A stretch of DNA of 63,412 bases, counting the filler, from Octopus bimaculoides (Eukaryota): the NCBI RefSeq assembly GCF_001194135.2. It is 10 parts of 7 records of this genome, joined end to end, with 100 filler letters (N's around TTAATTAATTAA, not from the genome) between each part and the next. Parts side by side here need not be neighbours in the genome. Positions count along the whole stretch, not along the records: positions 35,264 to 41,276 come from NC_068983.1; positions 41,377 to 48,697 come from NC_068981.1; positions 48,798 to 50,138 come from NW_026404296.1; positions 50,239 to 56,332 come from NW_026343813.1; 6 more parts are not named here. One strand, 5' to 3'. The notes beneath the pieces are model-generated. The model was not told where the DNA came from. It saw only the letters and a list, made by a program, of their open reading frames with translations, and made no database searches. The stretch's first letter is position 1. Each line of letters starts with the position of its first letter. The translations under genes were made by a program, and so were the position numbers. Positions 39,219-51,110 of the stretch are shown here, in pieces.

Positions 39219-39928
39219 AATTTCATCACAAAATATATATATACATATATAAATATTTGTATATACATTTTACACATTGGTTAATTGAGCAACTGCTTCA
39301 ACATGATAGAACAAATGTATCAATTCAATGGACCAGTTTATGAAAATTGCAGAAGGAATTACACCCTAACTGATTAAAGGAATATGTTTCTTAGTTGAGT
39401 TTTAAGTCGTCATTGTACAGTGAAAAAGTACTATCAATTTTATTTACATTGGGTGACAACTGCAAGAGAAATTCTTTGCTGGGGTAAACTTCTTTACGTC
39501 TATTATTTGGTAAAGCAAAACTTGAGACACAGTTGACCCAATTGAAAAACTTAAGATAAAAAACAAAACTGAGCAGGAATCAGACAGGACGAAGTTGAGA
39601 TGCGACTATGCAGGGCACTATGTTGTAGTAATATACTATTACTGGCCTGTATATGTTTGTTTCGTTCCATATTACTTCTGTCTTCCTCACAAATATTTTA
39701 AACTTACCGTTTCGTCCACAGGTCTAATTTCTTTTTTTTTTTTTCCTTTTTCTTGTACGGTCTTGTCCTTGTATCAGTTTTTTTCTGTCCTTGTTTTTCT
39801 ATCCTGTCTGCTCGTTTATACCCCAGTAGCTACGTTTGCTTAAAGCGCCAAATTGAAAATTATTATGGGGTGGTGTGATGATATTTCCTCGACTGAAAGT
39901 GTCTGCGTGTCTATGCATGTATGCATTA

Positions 39929-39978
<50 letters not shown>

Positions 39979-40138
39979 NNNNNNNNNNNNNNNNNNNNNN
40001 NNNNNNNNNNNNNNNNNNNNNNNNNNNNNNNNNNNNNNNNNNNNNNNNNNNNNNNNNNNNNNNNNNNNNNNNNNNNNNNNNNNNNNNNNNNNNNNNNNNN
40101 NNNNNNNNNNNNNNNNNNNNNNNNNNNNNNNNNNNNNN

Positions 40139-40169
<31 letters not shown>

Positions 40170-41376
40170 AACACACATATTTATGTACGTACAGAGAAAT
40201 GATGTATAAACAATGAAAAATAAATCCACGGTTATTACATAGCAGTAAATCCAGTGGGATGTTGGATGTATTTACATAAGCGGCAAAATCGATTTTTCAG
40301 TGTAAGATTATTGCGAAACTTAATTGATCTAAAAAGTTAAATCAAGTAAATAAATTTAAAAACGCAATTCTTCAACAATATTATGTTAATCAGAAACCGT
40401 TACTGATTTAGATACAAGAGAAATATTTAAACCAGTAAAGGTTTTTTTGATTTGCAAACTTTCCTGAAAATTTGTGTTAACGCAGCTTTTTAATTAATTT
40501 AACTATAACTTAATTTAATGTAATTATGTATCACAGCTATGTAATTATACATTTGGTGATGTTTATCTTAATGAAACAGATGTTGATCACAACTAAAGTG
40601 TGCACTATTTCTGAACGTCATGGTTTTCTGCTCTTACGACAATTAGTTAACTAGTTAAACCTTTCGATTTCTATAAAGCATTAGCCAACCACGACTTTTC
40701 TACACTGATCTATTTTTTGGTGCTCTTCTTCCAGCGAATCTCTACGTCCTGCAGTATCATTCTTCTCTTAGGTTTTGTTGGTTCATATCAGGTCTTGTTG
40801 ATTCATATTGAACCGTCCAGCGTTGGTAGCCCTATCAGGAGGTGGCACTCCACATTCAATGCTATCAGAGGCATTCAGGCGCATGAGCTGTCAAATCGCG
40901 ACAATGACTGGACCTTGTAGCGGGCTTCTATGATACACACGCACACATTCACACAAACACACACACACACCGTTCTGGTCTGACGACCCTCCATGTTTAT
41001 TTTCATTCGGTTTCCTTATATGTCTCCAGTGTCATGTTTTTGTTCCCAACTTTGACCTTCTTTAAATCCAAAATATTATTTTAAGATTTATGGAAGCTAT
41101 TGTATTTGAAGACTCCTATTGTCGTTCAATGCTCGAAATAAGGAGTAGATAGACAGCCGACTACTGATGAAGGGTCCTTTCTTTGTGTTTACTTGTCCTG
41201 TTCTCCATCTGTATCTCGTTCTTTACGTATTTCATGTTTGAACCGTTGGTGACGTCCTGTACCCATATATATATATNNNNNNNNNNNNNNNNNNNNNNNN
41301 NNNNNNNNNNNNNNNNNNNNTTAATTAATTAANNNNNNNNNNNNNNNNNNNNNNNNNNNNNNNNNNNNNNNNNNNN

Positions 41377-41665
41377 GCGCACTACGATGGCACTTGGGTG
41401 TTGGGTGGAGTTGAATTGGACAATCCCACCAATTGCTTCTTATCTATATGCTCGGATAATAGCCGGTCCATGGATTCCTTGGAATCCATTATCCGGCAAC
41501 ATGTCCGTCCAGGGAGCATCATTTCCACAGATGAATGGGCACGTTATCATAATTTGCAGCAGCAAGGGTTCCTGCATTTAACGGTAAACCACTCAGTTTC
41601 ATTTGTTGATGAAGCCACAGGTGTACACACAAATCATGTAGAAGGAATGTGGGCAACATTTTAAT
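41377..41665 (+). mobile_element. Merlin (IS1595/ISXO2-like) DDE transposase fragment
   Basis: LGGVE...[20 protein letters not shown]...[23 protein letters not shown] is the characteristic Merlin/ISXO2 motif set. 5' end in a gap. Confidence 0.88.
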
Positions 41666-41784
41666 TTCATCGTCTTTTGAATTATGAACATATTTACATC
41701 ATAAAGGTTTTTTCATTGCAATGCTTTCTTTTTTAGTTGATTTTCACCTAGCAAGACTTATCGTAGCTGGTGTAATAAGTCACA

Positions 41785-41812
41785 CCCAGACAACGTCGGG
41801 TTATACTGCTAG
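41785..41812 (+). mobile_element. Helitron-like 3' terminus
   Basis: CCCAGACAACGTCGGG, then CTAG|T. Homologous to 29180-29208. Confidence 0.6.
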
Positions 41813-41825
41813 TATATATATATAG

Positions 41826-41990
41826 ACAACAGGCTTCTTTCAGTTTCTGTCTATCAAATCCACTCACAAGGTTTTGATTAGCCAAAGCTATAGTAGAAGA
41901 TACTTGTCCAAGGTGTCATCCAGTGGGAGTGTAACCAGAACCATGTAGCTGGGAAGCATGCTTCTTACCACACAGCCATGCCTGTGCCTA
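41826..41990 (-). mobile_element. SINE family B, 5' half
   Basis: Reverse complement: GGCATGGCTGTGTGGTAAGAAGCATGCTTCCC...CCTTGGACAAGTATCTTCTACTATAGC...GAAACTGAAAGAAGCC. Confidence 0.8.
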
Positions 41991-42188
41991 TATGTATATT
42001 TTACAAGAACACATGACAGTACACACACAGACACAGACATACATATAAGCACATGCACATACACATGTATATGCAGAGGCACACATGCACCACATACATA
42101 CACAGGCAGGTATAGGTACATATGCACACATTCATGCACAAGCAAATGCATGCAACCACACACAATATATGCACAGTCACACACACAC

Positions 42189-42230
<42 letters not shown>

Positions 42231-43373
42231 CACACACCTGCCCTATTCTCATCCACCTCCCCACTGGAAAGAACTACACCTACACCCTAAACCTCACACC
42301 CCACACCATAAACCTACAACAGAAACTTTTTTATTTCAATAAAGTCAATGTCCACCCAATTTCTCCTTACCCTTGTTACATTTTAATCATTATGCTTCCT
42401 AAATATGTTCATGCACATTGGACTTTAATAACCTACAAAGTAATATTCATTGTATAATATCATTTTTATTGACTAAAATAGACTAATTCTTGAAATTTCA
42501 CTTTAATTCAACTATCTATTGAGGACACTTGGAAGTCCAAAATAGGGTAGTTGGTAATACTTGAATGTGGAAAACTTCTCACACTCCAAATGACTCAAAC
42601 TGTGAAATCAGTGATAAAAGACCTTTGCATTTGAATTTTTCAATGGAAAAAACTTTTATGCACAGTATGTAGCAGTAATTGAAATCAATATTCATTCAGG
42701 ATTTTCATTGTTCGAAGGTGTACTTGATATTCATTATATGCACAGCATTCAATCATTGTGTAAGATGGCTGTCGAATGTGAATAGTTATTATGATGGTGT
42801 GTATGAGGTCGTCAGTTTTTGTGGTGGCTCAATCAGGGTCAATGGCTTTTGTTTCAAGATCTAGGGTCTCCCTTGGTTTTACTAAAGAGTGCTGTAAGTT
42901 ACCATCTCTACACATATATACACGCTCCCTGTTTATAGAAGTCACTCACAAACTAATCAAACACCGATCACACAGTATTTAAATTACTTAAATTAAATTA
43001 ATAATAACAATATTGATGTTGACAATGATGATGATTATTCCCCATTGCTGCCCTCAGTCATTTACAAAATCCACAATGGTTAGCTTAAATCCCAAGGTGA
43101 GAGCTGCAAGCACAGAGGTTGCAGTCAAAGTAAGAAACAGTTTAAAAAAGAACTGATGTGATGCTTATGAATGTCAGTGCTTAAACATTGCTTTTGTATT
43201 CTATAATTTTTGTAATTTTATTGCTTTTCCTTCTTTCCCCCTTTTTTACTTTTTCTCCTCTCTATTTTGCAACTTTTGTAATTTTCCTCTGTTCCTTTTT
43301 GTGTTATAATGGGAGGCAAGTTTCTGGATATCAGTTGAATATCGCCTTTCTCCCATTAATTTCTTATTCTTCA

Positions 43374-44301
43374 TGTTGCTAAGGCTCCAACACAGGTTCT
43401 CCATTAATTTTATTTACAATATATACAAAGGTGTGGTATGTTGCTCTTTTGCAACCATCTCATGCATTATAAATGTGTCATTCTCCGTTGTGCGGGTCAT
43501 AGCCCCAGGAGATGCGACAAGCATAGCCTAGAGGCTCAGCCAGTGAAGTGTGCTTTGCGAGCAGTCGCGGGTAAAAGAGGAAAAAAGATCAAACCTTGTG
43601 GCTTCTTCCTTTTATAGAGTTTGCCATCGCGAGCCTCGTTGTGAGCTTGCACATGACAAATGGATGCAGGTGAGGTCTTGCTCCAGTCTCGGAGATGGCA
43701 ATGGCTGCTGCGAGATCTCACCCAATATGGTGCTGACTGCTTGTGCCGCTACAAGGGCTCCCCACCGAGTGCGGCAGTGTGAAAACAGAATAATTGGAGC
43801 AGGCACAAGAAAGAGAAGGATGGCAACTGATTGCAACCAACAAGATATGGTACTACAATGTGACAAGTCAAATAGAAAAATAATTGCAAGAAATATAAAT
43901 TGGCATGCACAAAATATGACAAAATGTTCAATGGCAGAGTATTGGAACTGTCCAGTAACACAAGAAAGCAATTGTCTGTCACAGAAAACACAAAAGAGAT
44001 TGTCAGATATGAATAGTTTTTAGTGAGTTTTTGGGGTCAATGCACAGTGCGGCCTGTCCTGGTGACATAGGGTTTGCTTATATTAGGTAGTGGCAATGAA
44101 GGTGGAGGTGTAGGTGTTGGTGTGGTCAAAGGTGCATGTGAGGGTGGTTGTAAAGGATCAAAGGTGGGCATGTTTGGGGGTGTCATCGAAGGGTGTGGAC
44201 ACCTCAAAATGTGCCCTTTTAGATCTTGCTCCAGTCTCGGAGATGGCAATGACTGTTGCGAGATCTCACCCAATATAGTGCTGACTGCTCGTGTCACTAC
44301 A
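43374..44301 (-). mobile_element. Internally deleted Gypsy-like LTR retrotransposon
   Basis: On the minus strand: LTR start TGTAGTGACAC (44301), ~79 bp of LTR, integrase tail ...KPYVTRTGRTVH, PPT-like GGTGGGGAGCCC, then a second LTR start TGTAGCGGCAC (43753). Left boundary is a guess. Confidence 0.7.
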
Positions 44302-45429
44302 GTGTCTTTGTGTTTACTTATTTCTTTACTTTTTTTGCTGTTTATTTTTGGTACACCTCAAATTCTTCAGTTTCATTTTCCCTCTTCAATGTTTTAATGC
44401 CCCTACTTTTCTATTATTGCACTTCTGCTACACAATTGCCTGGCTGGACTTTGCATTGGTGGTCTGTTGAAGGGGAGTAAAATTTTAAAGTTTTGAGCCA
44501 TGTGACGAGAAACCAGGAGACCAGCATGGTTAAATGATTTTGTCACACCATACGAGTCTTCCTCCTCTTGCTCCCCACCTCCTCCATTATATTCTAGGGA
44601 AATTAACTTGTATCCCCCTATCTCTCCAACCTCTTCCACCATCAGATTCAGCCAGTATTAGTCCTGCTCATCCCTTTATTAACCCCACAACTCCCATAAT
44701 AGCCAGCCTACCACCATCACCTCCTCTCCACCCAGCTGAACCCTACCACCAGTATTAATGCTCTTCATCCAGCTCCCCTTTCTACCTCCATTGCTAACCT
44801 TCTTCCACCTTCCCTTATTCACCTCACCAATCCTGTTACACACACACACGCACACACACACAAACATGGGGCTATTTGGTGTCACACAGTGGTGCTAAAC
44901 CCAGAACCATATAGCTAAGAAACGGGCTTCTTGTTGCACAGACAGGACTGTATTTTCTACAACAGAGGTTATAGAAAAAAATTCTAATTATTAATTTGCA
45001 TTTTATGTATATCTCTTTTAGCGCAACATCATGCAACAGATAAAAATTTCTTTGAGAGCTTGTTAAGTTTCCAATTTTTCCCAGAATATTTTTAAAAAGC
45101 ATAGTTTAATGTAGTTTCACTAACTGATGGTGAAAATTTTTGGTAAAGTTTTAGTTTAACACCCAACTCGATTTCAGGAACTAGAGAAATAATGTTTTTT
45201 CTTGTTTTTTTTTCTTTTTTTATGTGCTATCAACTAATCTCATCTCCAAATATGCCACAGATGATTTTTCCCCACAGAAATTGGAGTGGAGTGGGGTAGA
45301 GTGGACCTTCGGGAATTCCTCCCTCATCTCACCCAATTGGACCCCGCATCTCCTCAGGCCAGCCCTTCATGAAAGATTTCCCCTGACCCACTTCCCAAGG
45401 ACTGGGTTAAACAAAACTTGGCATAATTA

Positions 45430-45944
45430 TTAGTCCTTCTCTACATAGCTACCACCAATGGTGACACACTTCTCTCATTGCTTTATGCAGCTGTGAAGAC
45501 CTCATCTTTAGAAGTTGGTAAGTTGCATCTGGAGCCAAGACTTTAAATTGGAAATAAATTCATCTTCATCTGAAAAGTGCTTCCCCTTCAAAAAAGACTT
45601 GACGGTTGGAAAGAGGTGGAAGTCAGATGGTGCGAGGTTGGGAGAGTAAGGGGCATGAGGAAGGATTTCATAGCCGCGGAAGTGTGCTTTCATCTGGGCA
45701 ACACATACATTGTGAACTGGGGTATTGTCTTGGAGGAGGTGGACTCCTTTTGGTCAGCATGCCATGCCTCTCTGCTTTGATGGTGTCCCACAATTTCTGC
45801 AGCAGAGAAGCATAATATGCCTCGTTAATTGTGGTGCCTTTTGCCAGAAATTCTATCATGACTACTCCGCGCTAGTCCCAAAAGACTGATCATCACCTTG
45901 CCTGCTGAGGGTTGGACACAAGCCTTCTTTGGAGCTGGTGAGTT
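45430..45944 (-). mobile_element. Mariner (DD34D) transposase C-terminal half
   Basis: TTINEAYYASLL, LLQDNTPVH, ILPHAPYSPNLAPSDFHLF and EKCVTIGGSYVEKD*. Frameshifted. 5' part in a gap. Confidence 0.92.
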
Positions 45945-46283
45945 NNNNNNNNNNNNNNNNNNNNNNNNNNNNNNNNNNNNNNNNNNNNNNNNNNNNNNNN
46001 NNNNNNNNNNNNNNNNNNNNNNNNNNNNNNNNNNNNNNNNNNNNNNNNNNNNNNNNNNNNNNNNNNNNNNNNNNNNNNNNNNNNNNNNNNNNNNNNNNNN
46101 NNNNNNNNNNNNNNNNNNNNNNNNNNNNNNNNNNNNNNNNNNNNNNNNNNNNNNNNNNNNNNNNNNNNNNNNNNNNNNNNNNNNNNNNNNNNNNNNNNNN
46201 NNNNNNNNNNNNNNNNNNNNNNNNNNNNNNNNNNNNNNNNNNNNNNNNNNNNNNNNNNNNNNNNNNNNNNNNNNNNNNNNNNN

Positions 46284-46426
46284 GACTACATAAACAAACG
46301 ATTCTTCGTTTTATTTGCTTTTTTCATTTTAAATTTGCTTTAACCCTAACCCTAACCCTAACCATAGGGTTAGGGTTAGGGTTAGGGTTAGGGTTAATTG
46401 TTTCAGAATCGTTTGTTTATGTAGTC
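46284..46426. repeat. Fold-back element with inverted telomere-type repeats
   Basis: Perfect 22-bp inverted repeat 46284-46305/46405-46426, enclosing (TAACCC)3-4 followed by (TAGGGT)5. Confidence 0.9.
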
Positions 46427-46675
46427 GGCGCTTAATGTATATCGGCTGAATGGACGTCAGTGATTGGTTGAAATTACAGAAATACGACAACTTTAACATG
46501 GAATAATTTATGGATTTCTTTTTTTTTTAAGAAGACTAAGAGAAAAAGATGTTTTATATGACACATTCTACCAGTGTTCCAAGTTTCAAAGTGTTTCGTT
46601 AATGAAAAATGTGGCCCCCGTTTTAAAAAAGATCCAAGCAAATATTGGTATCTCAAGTATATTATTCTGATTAAT

Positions 46676-46934
46676 GAAAACTATGAATAACCATTTACTG
46701 TATCTGTACACAATATAGCAACTTTATTTTATACACTTTTGACCTAGGTGCTTTATGACCTAGGAAAACTATGAATAACTATTTACTGTGTCTGTATACA
46801 ATATAGCAACTTTATTTTATACACTTTTAACCTAGGTGCCTTATGACCTAGGAAAACTATGAATAACCATTTACTGTATCTGTACACAATATAGCAACTT
46901 TATTTTATACACTTTTGACCTAGGTGCCTTATGA
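46676..46934. repeat. 88-bp minisatellite, ~3 copies
   Basis: GAAAACTATGAATAAC starts at 46676, 46764 and 46852. Confidence 0.95.
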
Positions 46935-47454
46935 TAATATTCCCCTGCTCCATTATAAACTGGTCTGCTAGTAGAGAACCCCCCCACACTATAGTAGTTT
47001 GTCACTATATCCTATGAAATGTTATAACTATATCATCCATGTTTACTGTCTATACTGTTTACCCCTTTCCCTTTCCCTACAAAGAAAATGCTAGTGCCCT
47101 CTTAAGCTTTGAATCACTAGGTCTGATAAGATGATCCATAAATCAGAAACAAAAAAAAACAAATAAAATCAGTGACAGTTAAAAATCTGCTTAGAATTAT
47201 TCACTAGCCTGTATGGTCTGACTAAGTCAAAATGGTTTTTTGTATTCTTCCTTTCTACTTGGAGAGTTTCAATGTAGTTATAAAAATATATCCTGTTGAA
47301 ATATAATTTCAGTAAATTTCTATATCTTTGTGCATTTTATATTCGATGTAAAATTCACATTGGTTAATCAAATGGAGTCACATGAAACAATCATACTGCA
47401 TTAACTTTGGATATCCTTGTTGTATATATATATATATATATATATAATAATATA

Positions 47455-47850
47455 GATTTAATCAAAAGATTAAAAGATTAAATGTGGTACTTAAAATGTT
47501 TGAGGCACCAGAATTTGGTAGGATAAAAAGCAAAAACAAAATCAAGAGATTTGGTGAATAAAATTTGAAGCTAAGCAACAAAAATTCAACACGTTATAGC
47601 AGTACGTTACGTTTCGTACAAGCTCCATTTATTCATGTAGTGAGAACACCATATAGAATGTACAATGAAAATGTACTCCTCAGCTGCATAATGGAATTTC
47701 ATTTTAGAAAGTCATTTTGAAGATGTTTGCAAAAAACAAGAGTAAGAGAAGAAAACATACCATCTTGACTATGCTGCTGTTCAACAGACTAGTGAATCAA
47801 ACAAGAATTTAAAATCTAATTGGATGGATAGTAGTAATTTCAAATTTAGA
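47455..47850 (-). mobile_element. Penelope-like 3' end / pseudo-LTR, inverted relative to the ORF fragments on its right
   Basis: Minus strand ends ...TLVFCKHLQNDFLK* (stop 47699-47701), resembling the Penelope C-terminal CxH motif, and is followed by a hammerhead. Boundaries approximate. Confidence 0.5.
47594..47691 (-). ncRNA. Type I hammerhead ribozyme with a 53-nt stem-II insert
   Basis: Minus strand: TTATGCAG (stem I) CTGAGGA, GTAC..53 nt..GTAC (stem II), GAAA, CG-TAA-CG (stem III), TA (GUA cleavage triplet), CTGCTATAA (stem I, 8 bp with one bulge). Confidence 0.8.
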
Positions 47851-48439
47851 GGAAGATAGAATAAGTATTGATGGACAGCAGGTTAGGGGTAAATCGAGTA
47901 TGAGGGGGAAAAAAAAAGGAAATGGAAGGAGTGGTAAGAATTTGGAAAAAATTTAAGGTAAGGGAATTAAGGTCAAGGTATTAAAGAAATATATCTATTC
48001 TACAGTATAATTAGAATAATACAATGAAACACTAATTACTAAGTTTAAAACTATAGGGAACAATAATAATTAGAACAAGATAAACATATCTAGCTAAAAT
48101 AAGATATACATTAATGTGGGGTAGTATTAGTTATGAGTAAAATCATATTAATGGCCAAAACCCGAACAGAAAGAAAGGGGGGAAGAAGGAAGAGGAAAAA
48201 AGGGAGAGGAATAAAGTTAGAAAAACAGGACTAAATTAAGAGAATTAAAGCTAAGGTTTTCGAAAAAGTAATAGGTAGAAGAGACTCAGAATTCCCTAGA
48301 GAAAATGTAGGAATACTATCAGTGGGTTGGGAAAGGTTTAAATGTATTCTAAGTTTATATTAAAAGTTATAACTCAAATAAAATAGTTATTAGTCAGGGA
48401 AATGAGAGAAACTAAATTAAAAATTAGCAAGATTTACTT

Positions 48440-48697
48440 TTTTAAAATTTCGACCCTAACCATAGATATTATAAAATCTCTCAACACACAATCCATATCT
48501 CATACTCTACTCTCCCCAATATAGGATCTATTATCAATCAGTTAAATAGAAAGAACATTGAACTAGCTAGGACCCTTGAAAATAAAAATTGTCTTATTAT
48601 TGATAACAATACAAATAACTACCAAACAATTAATAACACCAACGCAACCAATAATCATGCACATGTTAATGAACATATTAATACTTCAACTATTAAC
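48440..48697 (+). mobile_element. Penelope-like element fragment (linker before GIY-YIG)
   Basis: NFDPNHRYYKI...IHISYSTLPNIGSIINQLNRK matches the PLE HFPxxHxLHKIFN...SYSCxPNxxSIIxxHN region. Confidence 0.75.
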
Positions 48698-48920
48698 NNN
48701 NNNNNNNNNNNNNNNNNNNNNNNNNNNNNNNNNNNNNNNNNTTAATTAATTAANNNNNNNNNNNNNNNNNNNNNNNNNNNNNNNNNNNNNNNNNNNNAGA
48801 TAGATAGATAGATAGATAGGTAGGTAGATAGATAGGTAGGTAGGTAGAGAGTGAAAGAGAGAGAAAATTAGAGGGATAGCTAGATCACATACAGAGGCAT
48901 AATACATCGCAGGTATATAA

Positions 48921-49522
48921 ATGCTTTATAAATGTCTTTTCACCCAGGGTGAACATGTGGTACAAAACCGACAAATATCAAGGAGTGATGTTTGTAGAGG
49001 CCACAGCCCANNNNNNNNNNNNNNNNNNNNNNNNNNNNNNNNNNNNNNNNNNNNNNNNNNNNNNNNNNNNNNNNNNNNNNNNNNNNNNNNNNNNNNNNNN
49101 NNNNNNNNNNNNNNNNNNNNNNNNNNNNNNNNNNNNNNNNNNGAGAATACCATATGCACCAATGATAACTGCATGGTATGTAGGATTAACCCAGTCATTA
49201 ACTGTAGAACTAGAAATGTAGTCTACAATATAACGTGCATACAAAATGCTTGTAAAGACAAGAACATGACATATATATAGGAGAGACATCTAGAAGCATT
49301 GTGGAAAGACTAAATGATCATTTGAGACAATATGACGAATAAAAACAGTCCTCCATACTCTACCAACATGCCAAAGACCAACATGGACACAACCTGGGTC
49401 AACTTGACATCCGCATTTTATACAAACACCCAAAGGACCCAACACTCAGACAAATACAGGAGTACGTCCTCATAAANNNNNNNNNNGAAACATCCCCAGT
49501 ACTAAATAGGAAATATACGTAG
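48921..49522 (+). mobile_element. Penelope-like GIY-YIG endonuclease fragment
   Basis: CxxDNCMVC...NCRTRNVVYNITC...TYI/GETSRSIVERLNDH...RQIQEYVLI. A 2-bp frameshift at ~49277, with internal gaps. Confidence 0.85.
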
Positions 49523-50700
49523 TAGATATCATACCCCCATACCCACAGCTTATATATGTATATAGGTAGAATAGTTAGTGGGCTGTTATGTAGATGTATG
49601 TATGTGTGTNNNNNNNNNNTATAGGTAGAATAGTTAGTGGGCTGTTATGTAGATGTATGTATGTGTGTGTATGTATGCGTGTATGTATACGTATATGTAT
49701 ATCTATGTGTATTTAAGTAAATGGATATGAATGTAAACAGATAGACATACAGACGGATANNNNNNNNNNATTTAAGTAAATGGATATGAATGTAAACAGA
49801 TAGACATACAGACGGATAGGTATATAGGTAATATGAACAGACAAGCACTCATACACACGCAAATGAAGACTGTAATACATGACCATACCCACACACACAC
49901 ACACACACTTCATTTCACACAAGGACACATATGGAGACANNNNNNNNNNACACACACACACACACACTTCATTTCACACAAGGACACATATGGAGACACG
50001 CATCCATCCATCCATACATACATACATACATACATACACGCACAGTACATAGTCACAAAAACCCATACACAGAAACACTCAGACATACACATACAAGGAG
50101 ATAAGAGGTATACACCCCCACACATGCAAACACACACANNNNNNNNNNNNNNNNNNNNNNNNNNNNNNNNNNNNNNNNNNNNTTAATTAATTAANNNNNN
50201 NNNNNNNNNNNNNNNNNNNNNNNNNNNNNNNNNNNNNNATTTTTCTGTCTTTCTTTCTCTCTCTCACTCTCACTCTCTCTCTCACCCACTCTCTCTCTTC
50301 CTCTCTCTCCCTCTCTCTATTCCTCTCTCTCTCTCTCTCTCTCTCTCTTTTTCACACAATTTCGTTTTCCCGAATACGTTGCTATCGTCACGTCAAACAC
50401 ACTTTTTAAAACTAGCGTTGCTTCTACAACGCCAAAAGTGTCGGCCGACATGTTGATTGGCGCGAAAAAAAAAAGAAAAAAGCAACAACAACAACAACAA
50501 CAGCAGCAGCAGCACCAGCATTAGCAACAACAACAACAACAACGGCAACAGTACTAATAGCAACGATATCAACCGAAGCAAGAGTAACAACATAAAGACA
50601 TATATGTATATATATATGTGTATGTATATGCATTTATGCAAATGAAGACGACGTGACACATGCATACTTAAACACACACATAGACCATGCACTCACACAT

Positions 50701-50773
<73 letters not shown>

Positions 50774-51047
50774 AACTGAGGCAGAGAGAGAAAAAAGGTG
50801 AAAGACTGACATACGTACCAACACACACCTACATGCACACATGCACACAGCAATATATATACACACACATATAAAGGATACATATGTATATATAAGCACA
50901 TCTATACACATATACATGCAGGAGGACGAAGTCAGAAAGAGAGAGAGATTATAAGACAGAGAGATCCCGATACATACACCTACACATACAAACGCACGTA
51001 TACTTATATACACACACGACGACAGATCACGTATGTACACTTAAAAT

Positions 51048-51110
<63 letters not shown>

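Noticed and set aside
46341-46396. Ancient telomere-telomere fusion site
   Set aside because: Repeat orientation is opposite to a fusion, only ~9 units, and it sits inside a larger inverted repeat.
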